The notes under the pieces: generated by a model
The model's database searches: none
Told to the model about the DNA's origin: nothing
The model's input: the letters and a program-made list of their open reading frames with translations, nothing else
Translations under genes and position numbers: made by a program
Part shown: positions 1 through 9,702 of the stretch, piece by piece
Layout: each line of letters begins with the position of its first letter
Numbering within the stretch: the stretch's first letter is position 1
Assembly (NCBI GenBank): GCA_023434665.1
Contig: JAEYSM010000028.1
Location: 25,142-89,141, forward strand
From: Bacteroidota bacterium
GTDB lineage: Bacteria; Bacteroidota; Bacteroidia; Bacteroidales; Lentimicrobiaceae
DNA: 64,000 bases
Direction: 5' to 3'

Positions 1-1008
1 GCAGCCGATTATCTGGCCGGTTCTGAAACAACTGTCTTTACATCAGGTGACCTTATTTATGATGGCGACCCACAAAAATGGGCCAAGTTTGCTAATTCAC
101 TCAGATTAAAACTTGCTATCAGATTAAGCAAAGTTACCGATGGTGATTTGGTAGCAGCCAGAGAAGCAGCTATTGCTGACATTTCACCCGATGAGGTTAT
201 GCAAAGTAATGATGACAATGCTGATATAACCTATATTGGAGATGGACAGAGCAATGCACCTATGTATGACGGGTTTTATACATCTCGTCGTAATGACATG
301 ACACCATCTGCAAATTTTGTTGATTTATTGAAAGGTATAAATGATACCTTAAATAACGTTCAGAATCCTTTCGAAGGGCTTGTTGATCCACGAATTGATA
401 TATGGGTTCCTTTGAATGGAGATGGTGAATATCGCGGAATGCCTTACGGTTTGGTAAACCAGCATGCTTCGGCTCTTCGTGCATATGTAGCTAATATTTA
501 CAATTCAGAACCTGTTTACCTCCAGGCTGATGCTACAGTTTCATGGATGGATTATGCTGAAGTTTGCTTTATCCTTTCAGAATTAAATGGCTGGGATCAG
601 ACATGGTATGAAGAAGGTGTTCGTGCTTCAATGGAGTATTGGGGTGTAACAGAAGGTATAGATGAGTATATTGCACAACTTCCTGCAGCTAACGCAGAAA
701 CAGTTATTACTCAGAAATACATCGCTCTCTACATGAATGGTTATGAAGCATGGGCTGAATATCGCAGAACCGGTTATCCTGAATCTATTATCGAAGTTGG
801 CGAACTTACCGGACCTCTGGTAAATGGTGAAGCAACCACATTCGGACCGGCACCTATAACCGGCAATGATAGAATTCCAAGGAGATTGACTTACCCGGTA
901 CAGGAATATACTATTAACGCTGCCAGTGTTGAAGCTGCTGCTGAAGCCATAGGCGGAGATACATACAACTCTCGCTTAATATGGGATGTTCCCGGCGGAG
1001 TTAAATAG
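1..1008 (+). CDS. SusD/RagB-family nutrient-binding outer-membrane protein, C-terminal part (5' end lies outside the window)
   Basis: Frame 1 is open from nt 1 (AADYLAGSE..KWAKFANSLRLKLAIRL) and runs into the 148..1008 ORF. EAWAEYRRTGYPE motif is typical of SusD-like proteins. Confidence 0.85.
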   Translation, partial: AADYLAGSETTVFTSGDLIYDGDPQKWAKFANSLRLKLAIRLSKVTDGDLVAAREAAIADISPDEVMQSNDDNADITYIGDGQSNAPMYDGFYTSRRNDMTPSANFVDLLKGINDTLNNVQNPFEGLVDPRIDIWVPLNGDGEYRGMPYGLVNQHASALRAYVANIYNSEPVYLQADATVSWMDYAEVCFILSELNGWDQTWYEEGVRASMEYWGVTEGIDEYIAQLPAANAETVITQKYIALYMNGYEAWAEYRRTGYPESIIEVGELTGPLVNGEATTFGPAPITGNDRIPRRLTYPVQEYTINAASVEAAAEAIGGDTYNSRLIWDVPGGVK

Positions 1009-1030
1009 TTAATTTTACTTATGATTAAAA

Positions 1031-1061
1031 AGAGGCTGATTTAGATCAGCCTCTTTTTTTT
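1031..1061 (+). terminator. Rho-independent terminator after the SusD-like gene
   Basis: Perfect 10-bp stem AGAGGCTGAT/ATCAGCCTCT, 4-nt loop, then a T7 run. Confidence 0.85.
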
Positions 1062-1174
1062 AATTGGATGTAGTTATACCTTAGCTCACCTTTTGATAAA
1101 TAAGAGTTTGACTTTCAATTTGGTCCGGAGTTGGTCATATTCAAATACCTTTACCTCTTTTCAGATAGGTAAGT

Positions 1175-1206
1175 AAAAAAAAGAGTGCCTTACGCAAGGC
1201 ACTCTT
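1175..1206 (-). terminator. Rho-independent terminator of rocD
   Basis: Perfect 11-bp stem AAGAGTGCCTT/AAGGCACTCTT, 4-nt loop, followed by a T-run on the minus strand. Confidence 0.85.
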
Positions 1207-1230
1207 TTCTGTATCATAATACGTTGCTTA

Positions 1231-2454
1231 CTATTCGAAAGCAAGTATTGATTTCTTTATTCTTTCAATAGCATCACGTAATTGCTCTTCAGTAATAATT
1301 AACGGAGGTGCAAACCTGATTATATCACCGTGGGTTGGTTTTGCAAGTACTCCATTATCGCGCATCTTAAGACATACATCCCATGCTTCTTTTCCATTCT
1401 TTGGCTTGATGACTACTGCATTCAGTAATCCCTTCCCTCTAACCAGCGTAATCATATCTGATTTAATATTCCTCATCTCTTCACGGAAAATATTACCCAG
1501 ATATTCTGCTCTTTCAGCCAGTTTTTCATCCTTAACAACCTGAAGTGCAGCCATAGCTACTTTTGCAGCAATTGGATTTCCACCAAAGGTTGAACCATGT
1601 TCACCGGGCTTAATAGTGAGCATTATCTCATCATCAGCTAAAACTGCCGATACCGGATATACACCACCTGATAATGCTTTGCCTAAGATAAGAATATCAG
1701 GACGTACATTTTCATGATCGCATGCAAGAAGCTTACCTGTACGTGCAATACCTGTTTGTACTTCGTCAGCAATAAAGAGAACATTCTTTTCCTTACACAT
1801 TTTGAATGCTGAACTGAGGTATCCTTCATCAGGAACAAAAACTCCTGCTTCACCCTGAATCGGTTCTACAAGGAATCCGGAGACATTAGGATCTTCAAGT
1901 GCTTTTGCCAGTGCATCCAGATCATTATAAGGTATCCTAATAAAACCAGGTGTGAATGGGCCATATCCACCATATGAATCAGGATCTGATGACATTGAGA
2001 TGATGGTTATAGTACGACCATGAAAATTACCATCACAAACAATAATCTTAGCCTCATTTTCAGGAACTCCCTTAACTTTGTATGCCCATTTACGACAAAG
2101 TTTCAGTGCTGTTTCATCAGCTTCAGCACCTGTGTTCATCGGTAACACCTTATCATACTTAAAGTATTCAGTGATATATTTCTCGTATACTCCTAAAGAA
2201 TCATTAAAGAAAGCTCTTGATGTTAAGGTCATAGTTTGTGCTTGTTCAATCAGAGCGTCCACAATACGTGGGTGACAATGACCCTGGTTTACAGCTGAAT
2301 AAGCTGACAAGAAATCGTAATACTCTTTACCTTCTACATCCCACACCAAAGCTCCGCTTCCTTTTGCCAAAACTACAGGCAATGGGTGATAATTGTGTGC
2401 ACCGTACTTGTCTTCCAGTTGCATCAGGTTTTCCGATGTCATTAAATCGATCAT
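1231..2454 (-). CDS. rocD: Ornithine--oxo-acid aminotransferase (class III PLP aminotransferase)
   Basis: 407 aa. N-terminus [39 protein letters not shown] is characteristic of OAT. Confidence 0.9.
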   Translation of the reverse strand: MIDLMTSENLMQLEDKYGAHNYHPLPVVLAKGSGALVWDVEGKEYYDFLSAYSAVNQGHCHPRIVDALIEQAQTMTLTSRAFFNDSLGVYEKYITEYFKYDKVLPMNTGAEADETALKLCRKWAYKVKGVPENEAKIIVCDGNFHGRTITIISMSSDPDSYGGYGPFTPGFIRIPYNDLDALAKALEDPNVSGFLVEPIQGEAGVFVPDEGYLSSAFKMCKEKNVLFIADEVQTGIARTGKLLACDHENVRPDILILGKALSGGVYPVSAVLADDEIMLTIKPGEHGSTFGGNPIAAKVAMAALQVVKDEKLAERAEYLGNIFREEMRNIKSDMITLVRGKGLLNAVVIKPKNGKEAWDVCLKMRDNGVLAKPTHGDIIRFAPPLIITEEQLRDAIERIKKSILAFE

Positions 2455-2500
2455 GGTATAATATAGTTTTAAATGATTGTTTTTTACCGCAATAGCGAAA

Positions 2501-2508
2501 CAAAGATA
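2501..2508 (-). promoter_or_regulatory. Bacteroidota -7 box (TATCTTTG on the minus strand) for rocD
   Basis: CAAAGATA on the plus strand equals TAnnTTTG on the minus strand, 47 nt upstream of the ATG. Confidence 0.45.
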
Positions 2509-2589
2509 TAACTTAAATGTGAATAGCCAAAGGAAATATTACCCTCTCAAAAATCAACAAGACGATGAATAAAAATATATATCAATCTT

Positions 2590-2597
2590 TATCTTTG
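2590..2597 (+). promoter_or_regulatory. Bacteroidota -7 box TATCTTTG
   Basis: TAnnTTTG match 26 nt upstream of the ATG at 2624. Confidence 0.5.
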
Positions 2598-2623
2598 CAC
2601 GTCAAATTTCACAACCTTAAACC

Positions 2624-3205
2624 ATGAAAAAATCAGTTCTAAATGCATTGGCTTTGATAGTCTTAGCTGTTTTTGTAATATCAGGATGCAACACTCATAA
2701 ACAACCAGGTAATGCTGACGGTTCCTATTCTAAGGTCTTTTACTCAAATATGGATAATCCCGATTCACTGGCTGCATTGGCTCCATCGGTATGGAAGAAT
2801 ATGAAAACCTTAGTAGAGACTTCTGCATACTCCGGTAAATATTGCAGTAAAATTGATACCGTCAATATTTTTAGTTTCTTATACGAAAATTCATTTAACC
2901 AGATTGAAGGTGTAACACCAAAGCAAGTGCTGGTTTCAGCTTATGGTTATGCTATCCAACCCAACACTAAAGCACGTCTTGTTGTTTCAGTGAGTGGTGA
3001 CAAATATTACAAAGCCATCGTTGCAGATTCACTCTTCGTTACTCCGGGTGAATGGAAAGAGATAAAAGGTACCTTCAATCTGCCAACCGAGCTTGGCATT
3101 TACGATGTGGTAAAAGCATATGTTTTTAACGATAAAACAGGAGAGCTCCTCGTTGATAATCTGCGCGTTGAATTTATTTACCCAAAAAGATCAAACAATT
3201 TCTAA
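2624..3205 (+). CDS. Hypothetical lipoprotein
   Basis: 193 aa. Signal peptide with lipobox VISGC. The remainder looks beta-rich. No family recognised. Confidence 0.6.
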   Translation: MKKSVLNALALIVLAVFVISGCNTHKQPGNADGSYSKVFYSNMDNPDSLAALAPSVWKNMKTLVETSAYSGKYCSKIDTVNIFSFLYENSFNQIEGVTPKQVLVSAYGYAIQPNTKARLVVSVSGDKYYKAIVADSLFVTPGEWKEIKGTFNLPTELGIYDVVKAYVFNDKTGELLVDNLRVEFIYPKRSNNF

Positions 3206-3612
3206 TCTGAGAAACTCATATCTTTGAATTCTTCAGGGATCTGATCGCTGTTATATTTAGAAGGACATTTTAAATTCATTTTGTGGGCTTCAAAATGATT
3301 ATCCCTCATTTTTCCTATGACCACAATCTGATCAAGTTTCTCAAAATCCTGAGGTTTACTATCATTATAGACCACGAGCATTTCGGTTCCCTTGTCATCA
3401 ATCATAGTAAATGAGAAACTATTCGCATCCTTGACCGCATCATAAACTATGGGTTTACCAGGGCTCAGTTTGCCCATGATATGATACTCTCTTCCTCTAT
3501 GAGCTTTTGCTTCGTCGAAACTGGCATAAGTGGAAGTATTCATAGAAAGGCTTAATATCACACCAATTGCTGCTATCAATATAACCAGTATAAGAATGTG
3601 TACTTTTTTCAT
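3202..3612 (-). CDS. ccmE: Cytochrome c maturation haem chaperone CcmE, CxxxY variant
   Basis: 136 aa. N-terminal membrane anchor, OB-fold-like core, C-terminal LKCPSKY where canonical CcmE has the haem-binding His. Lies directly after ccmC/ccmD. Confidence 0.8.
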   Translation of the reverse strand: MKKVHILILVILIAAIGVILSLSMNTSTYASFDEAKAHRGREYHIMGKLSPGKPIVYDAVKDANSFSFTMIDDKGTEMLVVYNDSKPQDFEKLDQIVVIGKMRDNHFEAHKMNLKCPSKYNSDQIPEEFKDMSFSD

Positions 3613-3616
3613 AGTA

Positions 3617-3775
3617 TTATTCCTTTGCCGGGTTTAATTCAGTCCTTTTCGAAAGTTCTCGTTGTCTTCTCTCAATCTTTGATAATTTAATATCAAGAAT
3701 TACAAGGTACACTGCCAATCCTATAAAAATGATTGCCATTACGATGGCTACAATCAAAAATTTGTCATCACCCAT
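3617..3775 (-). CDS. ccmD: CcmD-like small membrane protein (not in the ORF track)
   Basis: Hand translation gives MGDDKFLIVAIVMAIIFIGLAVYLVILDIKLSKIERRQRELSKRTELNPAKE (52 aa). One TM helix plus a basic tail, located between ccmC and ccmE. Confidence 0.55.
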   Translation of the reverse strand: MGDDKFLIVAIVMAIIFIGLAVYLVILDIKLSKIERRQRELSKRTELNPAKE

Positions 3776-3792
3776 TTTATAAGCTTTCTTTA

Positions 3793-4452
3793 TTATTGTA
3801 ATGTGAGTTCCAATTTTCTTTTCCGTTTCATTAGATCAAGAAACCAGAATGAAACTATTATCCATCCTATAACAGCCGGATAAAAGATAAGTCGCATTGA
3901 AGGATCGAGATCAGTCATAGCTGATGAATTTCCTCCTTTACCGGGATGAAGTGAACTATCAGCCAGTCGGGGCAATATACCAAGAAAAATGACAAGAAGC
4001 ATAAATGCAAAGATGTTATAAACAGCTGATACTCTCGCTCTGATAAATTTTTCTTCAATAGATGCTCTTAAGATACTATAAGCTAAATAAGCAAGGATAC
4101 TCACAGCAGCCCCATTTAACTGTGGATCATTTGTCCAGAAATCACCCCAGGTAAACTTAGCCCATATCATACCTGTAAGAAGTCCGAGTAGTCCGAAAAA
4201 GAGACCTATATTGACAGATTGTGAAGCAGACACATCATCTTTTAATGAGAGTTTATTGAGATATCTGATGCTATAATAAAGTGAGGTTCCAAACATAGTA
4301 AACATAGTGAACCACATAGGAACATGATAAAACAGATTTCGTATAGTTTGATATATAACAGGCAAGTGAGGAACATCAACCAATGAACCTGCAATAACCG
4401 AATACAAAATGAATACTAAACCAAGTATTTTCCACCACCAGTTTTTAATCAT
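3793..4452 (-). CDS. ccmC: Haem exporter protein CcmC
   Basis: 219 aa polytopic protein. Trp-rich loop WAKFTWGDFWTNDPQL, flanking His residues (FYHVPMW, SSLHPG). Confidence 0.85.
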   Translation of the reverse strand: MIKNWWWKILGLVFILYSVIAGSLVDVPHLPVIYQTIRNLFYHVPMWFTMFTMFGTSLYYSIRYLNKLSLKDDVSASQSVNIGLFFGLLGLLTGMIWAKFTWGDFWTNDPQLNGAAVSILAYLAYSILRASIEEKFIRARVSAVYNIFAFMLLVIFLGILPRLADSSLHPGKGGNSSAMTDLDPSMRLIFYPAVIGWIIVSFWFLDLMKRKRKLELTLQ

Positions 4453-4469
4453 AAAGTAATGATTTAATA

Positions 4470-5126
4470 CTATTTATACCAAAGATAAGGAAAAAGCAAC
4501 ACTGCCATAGCTGCAACAACAGTATCAATTAAAAACAATGAACCGACTGATTTAATTATTTGTATGAAATCAATTTCAGGATTTAACGAATTATTGAATG
4601 CATTTATGACTAACAACAGTAATGGGATTACGATTGGAAAACCTAAAATAGCCATTAGGGCAGCACTATTTCCTGCATTGGAGGCGATGGCTGAAACCAT
4701 AGTGAGTGTGCTTGCCAATCCAACGCATCCCAGAATGAAGGTTGGATAAAAGAGCCAACTAAAAAATTCAGGCATCCCCATAAAAATTGAATATAGCAGC
4801 AGACTGAGAAAGCCAAGCAGAATCATCAGTCCACTATTATAAATCATTTTTGAGATGATAATTGCCTCCGGTGAAGCAACCATAAAATAATAAAGCCGAC
4901 GATTATTGTGTTCCTGTACAAAACTCTTACTAACCGCATTAAAGGCGGCAAAAAGTAGTATAATCCAGAAAAGTGCTATCCATGCCTTTTCTTCAATTAC
5001 TCTTCCAAATGAAAGCTGGACCACAAAAATAGTTGAAACAATATATAGGAATATGGCATTGAGCGCATATCGCTGACGCAGTTCCAACAAAATATCTTTT
5101 CGGATGAGGTTCAGTATTTCTTTCAA
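4470..5126 (-). CDS. ccmB: Haem exporter permease CcmB
   Basis: 218 aa, about 6 TM segments, immediately upstream of ccmC. Confidence 0.75.
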   Translation of the reverse strand: MKEILNLIRKDILLELRQRYALNAIFLYIVSTIFVVQLSFGRVIEEKAWIALFWIILLFAAFNAVSKSFVQEHNNRRLYYFMVASPEAIIISKMIYNSGLMILLGFLSLLLYSIFMGMPEFFSWLFYPTFILGCVGLASTLTMVSAIASNAGNSAALMAILGFPIVIPLLLLVINAFNNSLNPEIDFIQIIKSVGSLFLIDTVVAAMAVLLFPYLWYK

Positions 5127-5166
5127 TTCAGCGCTAATTAATGCATTGACATGATTGAAAATCTAT

Positions 5167-6471
5167 TTATCTGTCAATTTCCCTAATGATAGTCTGATTC
5201 CTCTCGGGACCCAGTGAAACAACAGATATAGGAACATTAAGGCTGTTTTCAAGATATAAAATGTAATCTTTAAATCCGTCGGGTAATTCCTGCCATTTTT
5301 TATGCTTGGTAATTAAAGATTTCCATCCTTTCAGGTAAGTAAAAACCGGCTTCACCGTATCATTAATAGTTTCGTAATGAGGATAATTATAGCTGGTTCC
5401 GTCAATAAGATATTCTGTACAAACACCTATTTCGTCAAGTTCATCAAGCACGTCAGCTTTCATCATAACCAAGTCGGTAACTCCGTTAAGCATTATTGAG
5501 TACTTTAAAGATGGAATATCAATCCATCCGCAACGTCTGGGGCGGCCTGTGGTGGATCCGAATTCATTGCCCTTTTTTCTGAGAACATCGCCGATTTCAT
5601 CATGTAGTTCTGATGGGAAAGGTCCACTACCAACCCTGGTGCAATAAGCTTTAAAAACACCAAAAACTCTACCCACTTTCTGAGGAGAAATACCAAGACC
5701 TGAGCATACACCTGCGGTAATAGTATTTGAAGATGTAACATAAGGATAAGTTCCAAAATCAACATCCAGTAATGCACCCTGTGCGCCTTCAGCGAGAATT
5801 TTCTTACCGTTTGCCAGACTCTCATTGATAAACATCTCGCTATCAATAACTGGTAAGTCATTTAAATACCGCAGTCCGTCAAACCATAAGTTTTCATAAT
5901 TCTCGAGAGACATTTTATCAATTAAAAGTTCTGAAGGATTATGACCGAAAGACCTTATGATTTGGAAATGACTTTCCATCAATGCTTTATACTTTGACTC
6001 GAATCCAGGCAAATTGATATCCCCTACCCTTAAACCTGCTCTTGCAACTTTGTCGGTATATGTTGGACCAATACCTTTTAAGGTTGAACCAATCTTTGAG
6101 GCACCTTTCGATTCCTCATATACATAGTCGAGAAGCCTGTGTGTAGGGATAATCAAGTGAGCTCTTTTTGAGATTAACAGGTTCTTTTCGGGAGTCAAAC
6201 CTTTGTCTCTGAGTTTTCTAATTTCCTGGGCAAGAATGTATGGATCAATTATAACTCCGTTACCAATAACATTTGTTTTTTCGCTATGAAAAATACCTGA
6301 TGGAATGGTATGTAAAACATGTTTACCTCCGTTGAATTCAAGGGTATGGCCGGCATTTGGACCACCCTGGAATCGGGCTATTATATCATACTTTGGAGTA
6401 AGAACATCAGTGATTTTTCCTTTGCCTTCATCGCCCCATTGCAGGCCCAGCAAGACGTCAATTTTCATCAA
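5167..6471 (-). CDS. purA: Adenylosuccinate synthase
   Basis: 434 aa. GLQWGDEGKGK P-loop and GTTGRPRRCGW motif. Confidence 0.95.
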   Translation of the reverse strand: MMKIDVLLGLQWGDEGKGKITDVLTPKYDIIARFQGGPNAGHTLEFNGGKHVLHTIPSGIFHSEKTNVIGNGVIIDPYILAQEIRKLRDKGLTPEKNLLISKRAHLIIPTHRLLDYVYEESKGASKIGSTLKGIGPTYTDKVARAGLRVGDINLPGFESKYKALMESHFQIIRSFGHNPSELLIDKMSLENYENLWFDGLRYLNDLPVIDSEMFINESLANGKKILAEGAQGALLDVDFGTYPYVTSSNTITAGVCSGLGISPQKVGRVFGVFKAYCTRVGSGPFPSELHDEIGDVLRKKGNEFGSTTGRPRRCGWIDIPSLKYSIMLNGVTDLVMMKADVLDELDEIGVCTEYLIDGTSYNYPHYETINDTVKPVFTYLKGWKSLITKHKKWQELPDGFKDYILYLENSLNVPISVVSLGPERNQTIIREIDR

Positions 6472-6607
6472 TTAGTGATTTAAAGCAAGTTGTATGTAAA
6501 TTGTAAATCCTGATTCCGTATATTTTCATTGAAAACAACTGTATCAGATTTAATGCAATAATATAAAAAAAACGGTGAAGTAAGGCTACCTGATCTGATA
6601 AATTAAT

Positions 6608-7123
6608 TCATTCATTTCCTTTATCAGGTAAATCAGTGGTGCTCTCTTCGATCGATCGGGCTGGAGTTGGTTTCTTATCATTTAAATAGCCATAGAATGT
6701 AAGTGCATGGCTTGTTATTGTTACGCCAAGGATTCGCTCAATTGAAGCTTTAACTTCCTGAATACGGGGATCACAGAATTCAAGTACAGTACCGTCCTCA
6801 ATATTTATAAAATGGTCATGCTGACGAAACTTGAAAGATCTTTCGTATTGGGCATAGTTGTTACCAAACTGATGTTTTGTAACCAGATTGCAGTTCTGAA
6901 GTAGTTCTATTGTATTATAAAGTGTAGCCCTGCTAACCCGGTAACGGTTATTCTTCATTTTGACATATAAGGATTCTATATCAAAATGACCCGATGTGGT
7001 GTATATCTCTCTTAAAATAGTATATCTCTCGGGAGTCTTTCTGTGACCGTTGCTTTCAAGATAATCAGTGAAAATTTCGATTACTGTCTCGAAATTCAAA
7101 TGATTGTTGTCAAAATTTTCCAT
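6608..7123 (-). CDS. Fur-family transcriptional regulator (no Cys4 zinc site)
   Basis: 171 aa. Winged-helix segment [13 protein letters not shown], regulatory-site HDH. The usual CxxC positions read I-N-I-E-D-G. Confidence 0.8.
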   Translation of the reverse strand: MENFDNNHLNFETVIEIFTDYLESNGHRKTPERYTILREIYTTSGHFDIESLYVKMKNNRYRVSRATLYNTIELLQNCNLVTKHQFGNNYAQYERSFKFRQHDHFINIEDGTVLEFCDPRIQEVKASIERILGVTITSHALTFYGYLNDKKPTPARSIEESTTDLPDKGNE

Positions 7124-7283
7124 TCAGTAGTTCCTAAGCTGACTAGTGTCTGATTTATTCTTACAGAGTGTAAAAATAATAAAATTTCAAACGTTATTTA
7201 GAATAAATAAAAATAAAGTACTGATCAATTTTAAGAAACATCTGCTTAGCTAATTTTTTTAGGTAATCTCAATTTACTTACTC

Positions 7284-9530
7284 TTATTTTGTGATACTAT
7301 CAGCCAACCGACTGATTCTATATACATTGTTTATTCCTGTAAGTTTTTTGAGTTCGTTCATTAACTTATTCAAATCATCAGTGCTATGAACTAAAAGCAT
7401 TATCGTAGCCTCAAACACATCGCCAGTAGAATCTATATGGAAAGACCTGATATTCAAACTCATTTGTTGTGAAATAATATTTATGATGTCATTTAGCAAC
7501 CCCATATTATCAAAACCAACCAACCTTATTCCACTTAGAAAAGTACCTGAATCGGTACCTGACCAATTAATCTTGACAATGCGATTACCATATTTTGACA
7601 TTAACTGAATTGCCTCCGGACAATTAGTTCGATGTATCCAGATACTCCCATCCTGAGGAACAAATCCAATAACTTCATCTCCGGGTATCGGGTTACAACA
7701 ATCTGAGATCCGGTATTCAACTTCACCATTAAGTTTAGTTGGCAAATCCTTCTCATTGAGTTTTTCTTTAACCTCCTCACTCAATTTTTGAGGGATGATA
7801 TGCTTATTTCGTACAAAGGGCCGGGTAATAAGATTTAGCCATCCAGCTCTTTCATGCTGCTGAATACACTCCTTTATTTCTTTGACACCTATCTCACCCA
7901 GTGCTACTCTATAATACAGATCGATAGTAGAACTTATATGGTTACATTCCTGAAGCTTTAACAAACTAGTTCTGTTAAGCTCTAGTTTCAACTCTTTAAA
8001 TAATTCTTCAAGTTTTACCCTGCCTTCTTCAACATATTTTTTCCTGTGTTCTTTTAGCGCTTCCTTAATAAACGACTTAGCTCTGGCAGTTACTACATAA
8101 TTAATCCATTCTTCTCTGGGACTCTGCTTTTTAGAGGTTATTATTTCTACCTGATCCCCACTTTTAAGCACATGATTCAGAGGAACGAGTTTATGATTAA
8201 CCTTTGCACCGATGCATTGGTTTCCAATCTGAGAATGGATATTATAGGCAAAATCAAGAGTTGTTGAGTTGGAGGGCAAAGTCTTCACCTCACCTTTTGG
8301 TGTAAATACGATTATTTCGTCAGCAAATAGATTAAGCTTAAATTCATCAAGAAAAGCGAGTGCATTTGAATCAGGTGACTGCAATAATTCCTTGATTTTA
8401 TTCAACCACCGGTCGAGACCGCTGTCGCTGTTAGATTTCTCCTTGTATTTCCAGTGTGCAGCATACCCTTTTTCGGCTATCTCATTCATTCGCCTGGTCC
8501 TTATCTGGACTTCAACCCATTGACCTGTATGACTCATCACCGTTGTGTGCAGAGACTCATAACCATTGGCTTTGGGAGTAGAAACCCAGTCACGCAATCG
8601 ATTCTGTTTAGGACTGTAAAAATCAGTGACGATAGAATATGCTTGCCAGCACTGATACTTTTCCTTTTCAATACTTGCATCAATTATAATACGGATGGCA
8701 AAGATGTCAAATACTTCCTCAAAAGGCACTTGTTTTGCTTTCATTTTCTGCCAGATGGAGTAGATTGATTTTTCACGGCCAATTATATCAAAAACTAATC
8801 CTTGTGCCAGAAGGGCCTTTTTAATAGGATAAATAAACTTATTAATGAATCGGGTTCTTTCAGCTGAAGTCTCTTCCAGTTTTTTAGCAATAGAATTGTA
8901 GATTTCAGGTTCAGTATATTTTAGGGCAAGGTCTTCAAGTTCACTCTTTATAGCATACAAACCTAAACGGTGAGCAAGAGGGGCAAAAAGATAGATGGTT
9001 TCGGAGGCTATTTTAAGCTGCTTTTCATGAGGCATTGATTCAAGAGTCCTCATATTATGCAACCTGTCAGCCAGTTTAATTAATATTACCCTTACATCAT
9101 CAGAAAGGGTAAGAAGCATCTTTCTGAAATTTTCTGCCTGAGCGGAGGGTGTATGATCAAATAATTCTTTAATTTTTGTTAATCCATCAATAATGCGTGC
9201 TACTTTATCACCGAACATACGTCTCATATCATCAATGGTATAATCGGTATCTTCCACTACATCATGCAAAAGGGCGCAAATAATTGAAGTTTCGCCAAGT
9301 CCAATCTCACCGGCTACAATTCGGGCCACTTCAAGCGGATGGTATATATATGGTTCACCACTCTTTCGACGCATATCTTTATGAGCAGTAACAGCCAGAT
9401 TGAATGCTTTTCTGACCATACGCTTATTTTTTAGCTCAGCGCCATTACTCCATGCGTTTAGTAATCCCCTGTACCGTTTGAGTATCTCTTTCCGTTCTTG
9501 TTCGGGATCAGCTATATAGGTGTTATTCAT
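7284..9530 (-). CDS. relA: Bifunctional (p)ppGpp synthetase/hydrolase (RelA/SpoT homologue)
   Basis: 748 aa. HD hydrolase motif (HDVVEDT), synthetase domain, TGS and ACT-like C-terminus. Confidence 0.95.
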   Translation of the reverse strand: MNNTYIADPEQERKEILKRYRGLLNAWSNGAELKNKRMVRKAFNLAVTAHKDMRRKSGEPYIYHPLEVARIVAGEIGLGETSIICALLHDVVEDTDYTIDDMRRMFGDKVARIIDGLTKIKELFDHTPSAQAENFRKMLLTLSDDVRVILIKLADRLHNMRTLESMPHEKQLKIASETIYLFAPLAHRLGLYAIKSELEDLALKYTEPEIYNSIAKKLEETSAERTRFINKFIYPIKKALLAQGLVFDIIGREKSIYSIWQKMKAKQVPFEEVFDIFAIRIIIDASIEKEKYQCWQAYSIVTDFYSPKQNRLRDWVSTPKANGYESLHTTVMSHTGQWVEVQIRTRRMNEIAEKGYAAHWKYKEKSNSDSGLDRWLNKIKELLQSPDSNALAFLDEFKLNLFADEIIVFTPKGEVKTLPSNSTTLDFAYNIHSQIGNQCIGAKVNHKLVPLNHVLKSGDQVEIITSKKQSPREEWINYVVTARAKSFIKEALKEHRKKYVEEGRVKLEELFKELKLELNRTSLLKLQECNHISSTIDLYYRVALGEIGVKEIKECIQQHERAGWLNLITRPFVRNKHIIPQKLSEEVKEKLNEKDLPTKLNGEVEYRISDCCNPIPGDEVIGFVPQDGSIWIHRTNCPEAIQLMSKYGNRIVKINWSGTDSGTFLSGIRLVGFDNMGLLNDIINIISQQMSLNIRSFHIDSTGDVFEATIMLLVHSTDDLNKLMNELKKLTGINNVYRISRLADSITK

Positions 9531-9553
9531 TTCTTAATCCTATTATTCTACTA

Positions 9554-9561
9554 CAAAGTTA
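9554..9561 (-). promoter_or_regulatory. -7 box (TAACTTTG on the minus strand) for relA/spoT
   Basis: CAAAGTTA on the plus strand, 24 nt upstream of the ATG at 9530. Confidence 0.5.
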
Positions 9562-9633
9562 CCGATTTAAATGACGAAACCTTTCAGCTATGCTGTGATA
9601 CATAAAAAAAACAAGTCTCAAGCAAAAAAGCCT

Positions 9634-9641
9634 TATATTTG
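9634..9641 (+). promoter_or_regulatory. -7 box TATATTTG for the T9SS cargo gene
   Basis: TAnnTTTG match 61 nt upstream of the ATG at 9703. Confidence 0.45.
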
Positions 9642-9702
9642 TTCTAATAACGGAAAATGTTGCTTATTATTAAAGTATGCCCATTGATGGGCAATCAAAG
9701 CT

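Noticed and set aside
6495-6508. Tandem TGTAAAT-TGTAAAT upstream of purA. It shares TGTAAATC with the 44217 inverted repeat.
   Set aside because: It is a short AT-rich word expected several times by chance in the window, with no palindromic partner here.
7195-7209. TATTTA-GAA-TAAATA palindrome upstream of the Fur-like gene (possible autoregulatory box).
   Set aside because: It is pure A/T with 6-bp arms in a very AT-rich tract. This is not distinguishable from chance and unlike the fldA repeat.
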